A stretch of 63,389 bases of DNA, filler included, from Craspedostauros australis (Eukaryota): the NCBI GenBank assembly GCA_030167865.1. It is 7 parts of 7 records of this genome, joined end to end, with 100 filler letters (N's around TTAATTAATTAA, not from the genome) between each part and the next. Parts side by side here need not be neighbours in the genome. Positions count along the whole stretch, not along the records: positions 44,860 to 49,457 come from JALAGF010005901.1; positions 49,558 to 58,802 come from JALAGF010005903.1; positions 58,903 to 60,205 come from JALAGF010005905.1; 4 more parts are not named here. The stretch is one strand, 5' to 3'. Of the stretch, positions 48,612 through 60,305 are shown piece after piece. Within the stretch, counting starts at the first letter, position 1. The number at the start of each line of letters is the position of its first letter. A program made the position numbers and the translations under genes. The notes below the pieces were generated by a model. That model ran no database searches. It had not been told where the DNA came from and saw only the letters and a list, made by a program, of their open reading frames with translations.

Positions 48612-49457
48612 ATGAAGCGCAACATGTATGGTGACGCCAACACCAACACCAACAGCCATCATGATCCAGACTTCAAGACTTTCTGGAAACAGCTCCATGG
48701 AAAAGAGCTGCCACCGAAGACCGTGTTCGCTCCGCAGTACCCACACGCAGAGCAGACCGACTGCTACAGTGTCACATCCAAGCGGATGGAATACTGGGAC
48801 ATGGCCATCGAAGCAGGATTCACCTTTGTTGACTTGAAATCGATGCAGCGGCGGCACGAATACATTGCTTTATCACCTCATGTTCTGTTGAGAGGTGGTT
48901 TTGACATGGGCTACGCGCAGATGTACATTCGATCTCTGAAACTGGAATTTGGCACCATTGACCAATTCGGAGAAGAAGACAAGCAAGCAATTCGCTTCGT
49001 ACTTCGATTGGCTGCTAAACATCCACTCAAATCTTCATTCGACGGAGGCATCTGCTTGAGTCCACCCTTTCCGAAGATGAAACAGCTCCACGACATCCCT
49101 CTTGTGACACATCGTGTAAAATTGTTGCATTGTGATCTTGTTGATTGCGACAAACTCATGTTCAACATCTCCCAAAACCCGAAATACGTTAAGTTTGAAT
49201 GCTGTAAGCTCGCCAATGGGGGCGCTGATTTGTGCAGATGGCTGTCTCCAAACAATTGCAGCGTCACCGAAGTATCCTTTAAAATCACCCTTATCACTCG
49301 CGATAGCTTGGCAACGCTATTCCAGTCAAACAAGCACATCAACAAGCTCGGAATCAGTTTCTTTGGGGACTACAACCGGCAACGAACCTACTCACGACAA
49401 GAAATCGACCAGATCATCCAACTCCTTTCAGATGCATCGCACCTGAAGAGCCTAGAG
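48612..49457 (+). CDS. RNI/LRR-like hypothetical protein, N-terminal part (runs off contig D)
   Basis: Open ORF paralogous to 28815-29541. LATLFQSNKHINKLGI and LLSDASHLKSLE resemble RNI-type repeats. Confidence 0.68.
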
Positions 49458-49557
49458 NNNNNNNNNNNNNNNNNNNNNNNNNNNNNNNNNNNNNNNNNNN
49501 NTTAATTAATTAANNNNNNNNNNNNNNNNNNNNNNNNNNNNNNNNNNNNNNNNNNNN

Positions 49558-51104
49558 TTCTGGATCCGGCCCACCTTGCGCTGCCACTGCACTGTCCTTT
49601 GTCCTTGGACATACTTGCGAATCATCACCGTGGCATTCGTGCAGACCTTCCTTTCGTCGAGCCATATCGCCCACTCGGCCTCGTATCCCTCTTCGTCGGC
49701 ATACTCCATATCAACCGAGTGTGCTGCCCCTGCCGCCTTGTCAACGTCGTCATTCCATTCCGCAAACTCGTCCCTCGCCACTCCTCGGTCTCGCTCCAGC
49801 TGATGGCCGTACACATGCCGATACTCCAGAGTCACCGTCAGCCGCCTTTGGATTCGTCGTATCTCGCGAATAACGTCAAAGTGCTGCACTGCCGTGCTGA
49901 CGTCCCGCGTGTACTGCACCGCGTGAATTCCAGCCATCTTATTGTCGCAAGCGATCACGATGACCTTCCCCGTCACTGCGTATTTCATGTCGTGGCGTTG
50001 AATGACGTCTTCCACTTTGCGGAGAGCCTGTAGAATGCCACCAAGTTCTGCGCGATATGCGCTCTGCACTTCGGCCCGGCCCGGCACTGGTCCTGCTGCT
50101 GACACTCTGCCTTTTCGCCGCCCTCGCACGTTGAGCGAGTACGCCGCAGTACTCTTGCCGTTCTTGAACGACCTGTCGGTGCTCACCACTGCCTTCCCTT
50201 GTACCACTGCCTCCAGCCACAACTTCTCCGCATGACTTGAATTCGTGCGGCTTTTTGTCCTGTGCTTCCTCACTCTTCCCCCGATGCCTACCACTCGTAA
50301 GCAACCTCCTCGCTCTCGCACGTGGACCACTCTCCAATCTGTCGGCGGGTCCTTCGTCACATTCGTCGTGCCTGCGTACTCTTCCATGCCCGGCACCGCT
50401 CCTGCTTTAGCACCCCACTGTCTCCATTCTCGCACGTTCTCTCGAAGCCATATCACCTTGCGGTTGTCGCTCATCATGGCGCTGACTTGGTCCACGTCCC
50501 ATGCCGTACTTGTCCGTGCTGTCTTCGCCACTTTTCGTAACGCCTGCCTCCACAGCGCCCAGTCCTTCTTGGGGACGTTACCCTGCCTTGGCCAGCCAAC
50601 ATGTTGCCGTCCTCGCCATGTGCCTTCATCGCAAGTCCGTTGATGCGCCACCACTCCACCGTGCCTCTCGTCCACCACATCCGCCACGCTGACCACTTTC
50701 ATGATCACTCGGCATCTGTTCAGTCGAGCTCGTTGGTCCCGGCTGTATCCTGCTGCTTGGAATGCCACCGATAGCCACTCATCCTTGTCGTGGACGAGCG
50801 CTGCTGTCTCGGTCTTCTCTCGGATCCGGATATTGCATTCATTGGCCTCTCGCCACACCGTTTTCACCCAGCATGCCGTAGCCAGGAATTCCCATTCGTT
50901 GTACTTTACTTCGAACATGGACGTTCCGGCCCCGACCTCCGTCTTCATCGCTTGTATGCATCCCCGCATCAGTTTGCCCGTCATGGTCGCTCTGTCGCCG
51001 TGCTCGAGTATCATCTTCATATGTTCCACCACTTGTGTGGTATGAAGCTCGTGAAGATTCGCCCCTAGCCACTCGTCCGTCGCGTAGGGATAGAAGTGTA
51101 CCAT
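49558..51104 (-). mobile_element. Non-LTR retrotransposon fragment (Ambal-like LINE): post-RT region and RNase H
   Basis: RNase H motifs VSTDRSF, SAYRAELGGI, IACDN, HVYGHQ and NDDVDKAA. Upstream TGKLMRGCIQAMKTEVG and RLNRCRV blocks resemble diatom LINE ORF2. No RT core is present upstream. Confidence 0.85.
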
Positions 51105-51840
51105 ACTCTATAGCAGCTCCTTCCTCTCTCCTGCATGTGCAAGTTGTGTGGGGGAAGTTGTGATCGTGTCCATGTGGACGCGGGTGTTGTACGACGACTA
51201 ATATGAGCTATTCGTAGGAATGGTTTGGGGCTGCACTTTGCAATAGGTAACCAGCATGCGAAGAGACGCAGTCTCGAGGCCCAAAGCTCGACAAATCAAC
51301 ATCAGCAACAACTTGGCACCCGATAAGATCGTAGCCCGTGTGCATGTTAGAGTATCTGTTCTCCACGAAGTGGACAACTCTTACTGCGACAAGCACCACT
51401 CTCTCACTTTGCTATCGTCTCTCTTTCGCAGTTGCGCATATTTGCACTTGTCGAATCTGTGCAACCTTGGGCGTGCGTCATCCAACTATCGGATGGTTGT
51501 GTGGAATTGGCAGTGGTCTTTCTGCACAATGACAACACCCACATGCGACCTAGGCTTTCAATGTGACAATGCAATCTTGTGTGGTTATGCAACTGATTAC
51601 CACGATGTTGTGTCATCACTGCCAGTTCCCATGTTCCACTATACCAATGCAGCATAGACCAGAATAGATTTGAATACAGAAGACCACTATTCTATTCCAC
51701 GGTCAGCCACATTGAATCAAATCAAGCCACAGAGTGGCGTAGAGTGGCCCAGAGCAGCTCGCATTGATGGATTGGTTCCAGCTGCCAGCCTTCAGGATCC
51801 ATGCTGGCACTTATCGAAAGCAAATGCCACTGCATATTCC

Positions 51841-52461
51841 CTACAGCTTCCACATCTTCAGAAACAACTGCGCTTCTCCAATGGAGGCCTTGCCGGCAGC
51901 CTTCGGGCGAATCAGCGACTCATGCCCGCCCCCAGATGCTTCGCCACTGCTCTTTTCTTCCAATCCTTCACGCCTTGCGCTTAACATGGCAGGATACGGT
52001 GCGTGTCCTCGACGATTCTTCAGCTTGCGCACTTTGCCACCGCCTCTGCTATTCTCCATCAATCGCGCAGCATTCACTTTTCGTTGCGCTTCCTTGATTT
52101 CGTCGCCACCGCCCATCTTGGTGCTGCGGCTTGTGGTGTCATCTTCCTCGTCATTCAGAAGGCTCGCGATTGCGGCGAGATGGGGATTGCTGGCAAAATC
52201 ACTGGGTAGTGTCTCCATGAACAGCGGGCAAAAATCCGCGTTGTTGTTGGCATTGCTGCTGCTGCCGCAATCATTCTCGTCATTGTCGTCGCCATCTTGC
52301 ATGCCGCTGGTCATGTTCTGCAACGTCAAGCTTCTAGTTGCCACAACCGCTGCCGTCATCGCTTGATCGTCCTTTGTCGCCGTTGCTGTGCCTGCTGCTG
52401 TGCCTGTCATTATATTCGAATTGCCATGGCCAATGCCGTCTTCCATGTTGCCGCACTCCAT
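51841..52461 (-). CDS. Small hypothetical protein (FCPLFM..LPSDFASNPHLAAIASLL motif)
   Basis: Intact ORF divergent from the DOT1-like gene, with two ordered motifs (above and SIGEAQLFLKMWKL). Start uncertain (52461/52446). Confidence 0.6.
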   Translation of the reverse strand: MECGNMEDGIGHGNSNIMTGTAAGTATATKDDQAMTAAVVATRSLTLQNMTSGMQDGDDNDENDCGSSSNANNNADFCPLFMETLPSDFASNPHLAAIASLLNDEEDDTTSRSTKMGGGDEIKEAQRKVNAARLMENSRGGGKVRKLKNRRGHAPYPAMLSARREGLEEKSSGEASGGGHESLIRPKAAGKASIGEAQLFLKMWKL

Positions 52462-53161
52462 GAATGATGCCACCAGCAAAGTGTTCTCTTCGGTTGGCGG
52501 ATAGAGCAAAGAGACCAAAGATGCATGTCCGTGTGGGACGTGCCACGACAGTTGGATGCTGATGTTGGTGTTGGTGTTGGTGGTGGTATTACCTTTGTTG
52601 ATGTCGCCGTTGAGGTCAACTTGTTCTGTGCAACACGTTCAGCATCTCTTTGTTGTTCACGATTGTGTTGCCGTTTGTTGTGATGGTTGGCAGGCTCGTT
52701 TCTCGTGTCACGTTCCTTCTTCAGACACGATTGACCATTGAAATGTAGTGCCAAATAAATACAATTAGCGTCGGAGAGTTCGGGGTTTGAAATTTGAATT
52801 TGCTTTTTGGGACAAGATCGTTTCAACACATCTCAGACAACGGGAAAACAGACATCATCTCGGTTCTCTCGCACATCCACATCCACATCCACCACCGCCG
52901 TTGCCACCGCTTGACAACAACAAGAACAATGAAAACAACGCCAAGAACAACACGAGCAGCCCTGGGTGGAGCATCACTCTCACCACCTTCGCCGCCGCAT
53001 GCATCCCTCATAATCAACGAAACTGGAGCACGAACCGTACCCACACCCAATCACTTCGCAAGGCTGCATCATCTTTCCGCAACACCAAAACACTCCGGTC
53101 TCCGCCTCTTCTTTGCGCTGACCATCTCTCCGTCACCTTCCACTCTCTGTCAATTGGAACC

Positions 53162-54673
53162 ATGGTCCAACGAATTGCCAAGCGCCCATCCAACTTGGAC
53201 TCCATCTCGGAGACCAAGCAACTCATCACGAACGATGATGCGATCAAGAACGCCATGGCATCAGATGCCGTCTCGAAGATCTCGCCAACAGCGGCCGATA
53301 CCGCAGGCAACGGAGGCTTCATCATCACGCCATCTAGTTCCATATCGAGCCCCAACTCGAGCGACAGTGACGACGACACAGGCAGCCATGATGCAACGGT
53401 GACAAGAGCACGCAGATCACTGTTCGTCCCCGTTCGAAAGGCCGTCGCAAGCTCGGCGAAGGAGGACGAGGCAGCTGCATCCAAGGAAGCCCCGCCAACA
53501 CCAAAGGGAGTCAAGACCAAAGCCCAGACTCCAGGTTCCTCCGTCATCACACCAGACCGCAGAAGAAAGCGCAAGCTGCGGCTCGATTCGGACGACGATG
53601 ATGCCAGCGCAGACGCCATGCGGCCCGCACCCAAGCGCCGTCTGCTGTTCGGACGCATGGTCAAGTCGACCTACTGCCAACCAAATGTCAAGAGCGTCTA
53701 CTCCATCGTCAAGAAGCTGACGGGTGCCATCGGCGGCAACGGATACTCCGGGCCCATCTACGGTGAGCTCACCATGGCATCCATGCAAAAGATGATCGAT
53801 CACATGATGGAGTACGCCGAGCTCGACTCCTCCAGCCGTTTCCTCGACGTCGGCAGCGGCATCGGCAAGCCCAACCTGCACGTCGCGCAGTATCCCGGAG
53901 TCGAATTCAGCTGTGGTGTGGAGCTGGAACATGTGCGCTGGAATTTGGGCATGGTCTGCCTCAAGGCTATCCTGAACCGCGCCATGAATCAGCGTGACGA
54001 GCCGGATTTCGATCGATTGACCGACGAAGAGATCGTCAAGGGCAACACCGCATTCCTGCATCGCAACATCATGGAGGCCAATTCCTTCGATCCCTTCACG
54101 CACGTGTACATGTTCAGCATTGGTAAGTCGACGTGTGCGCAGCTTTTGTGGGTTGATTCGGCGTGTGACCTGCACGTGGCATGGTAATGTCACACTCACC
54201 CACACACCCACTCACTCGACGCATCATCCATAACAACAAAACAAACAACATTGCAAATAGGCTTCCCACCGGACCTATGGGATCACCTTTCGACCATGTG
54301 GAACACGAGCTCCGCCAAGTACCTCATCTGCTACTTGAATCCACGCGATCTCATCGAAACCTACGACTTCGACGTCGAGCTGGTGTCCCGCATGCCAACT
54401 TCCATGCATGGCTCGAAGGAGGGACATCTGGGATACGTCTACAAGCGCGTCCATGCGAGGGAAGCAGGCAACAAATCGCACGGCCATCGACGTGCCAACG
54501 CAAACAGCAACAGTGGCAACCGACGAGTCAAGTGCGACCCCATCTTCCAAGAGGCCTACGACCTGGTCTGCGATGGTTTGGAGCCATTGCACAAGGCGGT
54601 GACACAACAAACCAACTCGACCATGAACTCGGGACGCAGGACTCGTTCGCGCGGGATGAAGCTGACACGATGA
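53162..54673 (+). CDS. DOT1: DOT1-like SAM-dependent (histone H3K79-type) methyltransferase; 2 exons
   Basis: Exons 53162-54122 and 54261-54673 join as MFSIG|FPP. Motifs YGEL, FLDVGSGIGKP, GVELE and THVYMF. Basic N-terminal NLS-like RRRKRK. Confidence 0.8.
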
Positions 54674-55323
54674 ACGTGATTGATCCGGGCGCTCATTTGG
54701 GAGAGGAGAAACGCACCCATTGCAGTGTAGGTGCACGAGCATGTCGCCAGGCCGCGTCGTGTGCCAGTGTTGGACGATGTCGCGATAACAGTGGGTGTGA
54801 CCTGTGAAGGATAGCACGAGTACAGTACCGCAAAGGGAATCATATGTAGATCAGTGCAAGGTACACCATAACACACAAAGCAACACCATAGGCTGCAATA
54901 TGACGACACATGGGACGTAGCAAGCGGCATCGGTCACAATGCGGAGACTGCTAAGCTGCAAACCTAACTTGATTTCTGCTCTCGTAGGTTTGGGCGTAGC
55001 TGTGAAAGTAGTATTATGTGTATTATTTATGCGATTGTGGAGAGGGAGATGAGGTTCCCACACGAAAAGGTGCACCGATTGATATGAGTAGTTGGAGTAA
55101 TTATGTATTTGCCGCAACTCCGTGCCGTTGTTTGACAAGTATGGGAACATTGGAAGATCCATCAACAACAAAACGAAACACGGCAGATGACATCGCTTGG
55201 ATCATCACGTCAACCACACCGACACAAACGAACAGCAACACCACCGTGCACCACTGCCAGCTGCGCCATCGACTGCGAAGCCATCATCAGGTGATAGTTG
55301 CAGTCCTCCGTGAATGGTGGAGA

Positions 55324-56487
55324 ATGCGGACTTTGCGATTCGTGTCACCCATCTGTACTCTGCAACTGACTTCCGATCTGCCTCTATCGCGTGCCTTCGC
55401 TCTGCAATCGACGCAACGGATCTGCTCTCTGGCATCATCTATCCACAAGCGTTCGACGGCCGCCTTTCGCGGTTCCACCGATCCTCAGACCTTCACGGGT
55501 CGTACTTTGAAACCGTCTTCCACAAAGACCGCATTGAGCATGTCTTCCGAAACACCATCAGCGCCGCCGCATAAATTCGTGGACATTGGCGCCAACCTCC
55601 TCGACGAGCGATTCACGGAAGGCAGCTACTTTGGACGCAAGAAGCATGAACCCGACTGGGACGCCGTCATGGAACGTGCGGAATCCGTTGGCGTCTCGCA
55701 CATCATCCTGACGGCCGGCACGCTGCACGAGAGCCGCCGCGCGCTGGACCTCACGCGCGAGCTGCGCGGCAAGTCGATGCAGTTCGGGTGCACCGTGGGC
55801 GTGCATCCAACGCGGTGCCAGCAGGAGTTTGTCGATGCGGACGCCGACGCGGTGCTGTCGCAGCTCGCGGATCTGGTCCGGGACGGCATGGCGGATGGCA
55901 GCGTCGTGGCGTTGGGTGAAATTGGTCTGGATTACGATCGGTTGGAGTTCTGTTCCAAGGAGGTGCAGCAGGCCTACCTCGCGAAGCAGCTCGAGATCTT
56001 TCGGCCGTTCCATCGGCTGCCGCTGTTCTTGCACAACCGCAGCGTGAATCGCGATCTGTTGGACGTGCTCAAGAAGGAAGAGAGCACCACGAAATGGAAG
56101 GGTGTGGTCCATTCCTTCGACGACACGCTGGAATTGGCGCAGGCCTTCATCGAGATGGGATTCTACATCGGCCTCAACGGGTGCTCGTTGAAGACGGAGG
56201 ACAACTTGCAGGTCGTGCGAGAACTGCCGCTGGACAAGATCCTCCTCGAGACGGACTGTCCGTACTGCGAGATCAAGCAGACCCACGCTGGGTTCCATCA
56301 CGTTCAGACCAAGTTCCAGAAGAAGCCTGACAAGAAGTTCGAGCTTGGCAAGATGGTGAAGGGGCGCAACGAGCCATGCCAGATCATTCAGGTGGCGGAA
56401 GTCATCGCTGGCGTGAAGGGCGTGGACGTTGCGGAGGTGGCATCCATCTGTCATCGGAATTCGCTGGCTCTCTACGGCTGGTCATAG
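55324..56487 (+). CDS. tatD: TatD-family deoxyribonuclease (TATDN1-like)
   Basis: Motifs VDIGANL, TVGVHPT, GEIGLDYDRL, PLFLHNR, GVVHSF, LETDCPYC and RNEP. Start at 55324 or 55540. Confidence 0.93.
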   Translation: MRTLRFVSPICTLQLTSDLPLSRAFALQSTQRICSLASSIHKRSTAAFRGSTDPQTFTGRTLKPSSTKTALSMSSETPSAPPHKFVDIGANLLDERFTEGSYFGRKKHEPDWDAVMERAESVGVSHIILTAGTLHESRRALDLTRELRGKSMQFGCTVGVHPTRCQQEFVDADADAVLSQLADLVRDGMADGSVVALGEIGLDYDRLEFCSKEVQQAYLAKQLEIFRPFHRLPLFLHNRSVNRDLLDVLKKEESTTKWKGVVHSFDDTLELAQAFIEMGFYIGLNGCSLKTEDNLQVVRELPLDKILLETDCPYCEIKQTHAGFHHVQTKFQKKPDKKFELGKMVKGRNEPCQIIQVAEVIAGVKGVDVAEVASICHRNSLALYGWS

Positions 56488-58029
56488 CGATGGGCTCTGG
56501 AGAGAGAAAATCAATTCGAATGTATTCTATTATAATAGAATGCCATATTTTATAATACAATATTGCATGGTGTAATGTGTACGTGGAGCGCATGAATCCA
56601 ACCCGCAACACCGCTGCCTGAGCATCAGTGTCAGTGTCCAAAACCACCTGTGCTGGGACGCAGTCATGGACACAGACACTCGTGATCGGGCGTTGCACCA
56701 CAGCGCCACCGAATCTGCAGATTGTCCGGGACACCCGGCAGAAAGTCAGGATTTGCTACAACCAGCAACGCGTTAAGTAATATAATATCATGATATTCGT
56801 AATCAGTCATACACCATTGTCGTCTATTGCGTCAATTTCTCCCTTGAGAAACCGTGAGTCGCAACAGATAAACTCCCGACATTCCCGACAACGACAAATA
56901 ACAGCATGAGTTAATAAATTTTGTTGTGATGACCAATGAAATATCAACAAACACCGAAGATATTTATTTGGTTTAAGGCAAGACGGCTTTTTGATAGTGC
57001 CCGACATTATGCCGCGTGTCCCTGGCACACTTAATGGATCAACCGAGCATTGAAAAGAGAGCAGAGCAGCCAGCAGAGAACAGAGACCAGAGCATCTGGT
57101 CACTGCTGCTGAGTCAGCAGAGTGTACGACCCCATTCAGGATACGATAGTATAATCGTGCCGATTTTTAATTTGAGGACTAACATCATCCTATTATGTTG
57201 TAGAGGGTATATGAGTGGATTACTAGACTCCTGGTCCTTATATTTAAAAAGTTTATATTTTTCGCATTAGTCTAAGACTAAGAACGTTTAGCATGCGGAC
57301 GTCAAGGGGCACATGGAGTCAGCAATCGCCAGTCGTGCTTCAGGTTGATTTCCAGTCGTGTCCATCATCGACACGCTCACATTTCGCGATGGTGAGGCGG
57401 TTAGGTGCGAAGAAATGTCGAGGATTGCGCAGTGGTGGTAGGCATGATGAGGCTTCTGCTTCGTCTGGACTGTGGATCAGTTGTCAAAATCCAGAGTTGT
57501 GGGTTGGTGGGTAATCCAGATCTGGATGCCCAGCTTGACTTTCACACTGCTTTGTTCTCTCTTCTGCTGCTGTTCATGGCCATCGTTGGCTTCTGGCCGT
57601 TGTTCATCTGCTTTGCGCTTGGCTTCAAGTTTCGGTGTCAATCACTTGATTCTTCCGAATCGAACGAAGTTTCGTGTGCTTCCCTGTTTCCAAACAAGTG
57701 TCATTTTCTTGTTCTCAACGTATTTTACGTTTTGGACTAGAACAAAGAACTGACATCTTCAAATTTTGGTCCTAAACTTCTGATTTCTGACACAACTTCG
57801 GTGCGAGGTGTTCTCCACGAAACTGTTTGAATTTTCAGCGACCAATCATTTCTTCTCGACGACGCACAACATCTTTCGAAAGAGGGACAGACCTTGTATT
57901 TGGCAGCGAATACCAGCGGCGATTGGGATCTTGGTGGGAGAGAGCCCAGCTCGTCGTCCTGTTGTGTCAGGTGCAATCTCCCCAAGTTCGCCAACCTCTA
58001 TCACACCAACACACGACGCGCTACGATGC

Positions 58030-58030
58030 T

Positions 58031-58061
<31 letters not shown>

Positions 58062-58070
58062 ACAATAACG
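58030..58070. repeat. (AAC)n microsatellite
   Basis: About 9 tandem AAC units. Confidence 0.8.
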
Positions 58071-58902
58071 GCAACAGCAATCTAACAAAAAAAGCTCCTG
58101 AAGAATCTGTGTTGCAACTGCCAATTGTCATGATCGGAGATCGTTCCATGGAAGTGATCGAAAGCACAACCGGCATCCACTACTGAATTCATCGTTGGGG
58201 GCAACACGCATCTCGCACACTCAAATTTGTCACTCTGCCTGAGCAACGTTTGACCGCACAAGAATTTTTTGCGCTCCGCGCACGCGCGCGACACTTGTGA
58301 TGTTGACATCTGTCGAAGGCTGCTTTCGATTCGCATTGTCCACGTCGCGCGCTATGATTGGTAAAAACGAGTCCATCCAGTCAATGATCGTGACATGTTG
58401 GTGATTCCTTGTTCTTCGTCGGAAGTAGGAATTGAGAGTTCTCACAGGACGATTCCGAAATCTGGCGGAGNNNNNNNNNNNNNNNNNNNNNNNNNNNNNN
58501 NNNNNNNNNNNNNNNNNNNNNNNNNNNNNNNNNNNNNNNNNNNNNNNNNNNNNNNNNNNNNNNNNNNNNNNNNNNNNNNNNNNNNNNNNNNNNNNCAATG
58601 GGATTCATTCGAATTGACAACTGTGCAAACCCAAAATCGTTCCAATGACAGGCAACACGGGTCTTCTGCACAACACTTTGTTCACATACATACAACCAAT
58701 TTCTCTGCTCTGCTCTAGTCACTTAGTCTGTCTCTTTCTCTATTACCTGACTTGGCAAGGCTGGAAGAAGCCCTGATCAATAGACAGCTATGGCAACTGC
58801 CTNNNNNNNNNNNNNNNNNNNNNNNNNNNNNNNNNNNNNNNNNNNNTTAATTAATTAANNNNNNNNNNNNNNNNNNNNNNNNNNNNNNNNNNNNNNNNNN
58901 NN

Positions 58903-60205
58903 CCATCTTCAACCCGATGTCTTCCATCAGTTGAGTCAAAAAGCGGATCTCCTTTCCAGCTTCTGACAGTGCGACATACTCGGCCTTGGTCGAGCTCAGT
59001 GTCACGCTGCGTTGCGCCTTCGATCTCCAGATGATAGGCACTCCTCGCAGCAGGACCAGATGTCCTCCAACACTGATGCGGTTGTCCTTGTCTCCAGCGA
59101 ACTCGCTGTCGGTGTACACCACGATCTTCCATGNGTTGTTGTTCAACGGNTTGGNCTCCATCCTCAATCCGTANTCTCTCGTGTCCGANACGAACTTCAT
59201 CACTCTCAGCATCTCCTTGTATGCNGTGGTCGTTGGTCCATCCAACACCTTNGTNAGNTCTCGGACTGCATTCGCGATGTCTGGTCTCGAATGCTTCACC
59301 AGATATAGTAGCATACCCACTCCACTGCGGTATCTGCTGTGTCGATCCTTGTCGACCTTGGGCGCTTCACTGTTCCTCTGAATCCCTTGACCTGGTGTGC
59401 CTGGGGTTCCGTATCGTTGAAGCTTCGTCACGTCGCTCTTGAATGTATCCGTGATGTTCTTGATGNNNNNNNNNNNNNNNNNNNNNNNNNNNNNNNNNNN
59501 NNNNNNNNNNNNNNNNNNNNNNNNNNNNNNNNNNNNNNNNNNNNNGTCTTCGAGTCCATCCTCGATCTTGATTCCGAATCGTTCGCGCTTGATGTCTTGC
59601 ACCAGTCGCTTTAGCTCGAGGGTGCTTCCAATGCACAGGCAATCATCGACGTACGTCCCGATGAGAACGAGGTTCCCTTCCCGATTCCGAATTAGCAGGC
59701 ATGGGTCCACCTTGCTCTGCCGGAAGCCAAGCCTAACCAAGATGTCCACAAGCTTCTTGTTCCACTGCCTTGCGCTCTGAACCAACCCGTAGATGGTCTT
59801 CTTCAGTAGCAGGCATTCGTCCGGTTCATGCTCCATTCCCTTGGGGCATTGCATGTAGATCTCTTCCTCGAGGTCTCCGTGCAGGAAGGCGGTTTCGAAG
59901 TCGATGATGATGCTGTCNNNNTTCAACAACATCTTCATGGTCAGCATCACTCGGTACGTTGCATCGTGGATAACAGGCGCATGATGAGCGGAAAAATCCA
60001 CTCCAGCAATCTGCGAGTATCCACAGGCAACCAACCTGGCGCGAAAGACTCCATTCCTTTTCTCCTTGAAGACCCATTTCGTCTTCACACATCGCCGATC
60101 CCTTGGCATCTTGTTCTTCTGGATCTTCTGCCAGACTCCTCGTCTTGTCATGTCGTAGAACTCCTTATTGATGGCCTCCCGCCATTTCCTCCGCTTCGCT
60201 GGATC
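58903..60205 (-). mobile_element. Ty1/Copia LTR retrotransposon pol fragment (reverse transcriptase + RNase H)
   Basis: Motifs KWVFKEK, RARLVACGYSQ, TAFLHGDLEEEIYM, YGLVQSARQW, YVDD, YTDSEFAGD and SSTKAEY. Fills the whole of contig F and contains ambiguous bases. Confidence 0.95.
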
Positions 60206-60305
60206 NNNNNNNNNNNNNNNNNNNNNNNNNNNNNNNNNNNNNNNNNNNNTTAATTAATTAANNNNNNNNNNNNNNNNNNNNNNNNNNNNNNNNNNNNNNN
60301 NNNNN

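Noticed and set aside
26604..56487. A DNA repair/defence cluster of AlkD, DOT1 and TatD with the mobile elements
   Set aside because: AlkD and DOT1/TatD are on different contigs separated by several artificial linkers.
56700..58802. Transposon or gene in the AT-richer region after TatD
   Set aside because: Only short broken ORFs, and no terminal repeats or transposase motifs that I could verify.
58903..60205. Copia fragment as a novel reverse-transcriptase system
   Set aside because: It is a canonical Ty1/Copia RT-RNase H; the isolated contig with ambiguous bases suggests a collapsed multi-copy repeat.
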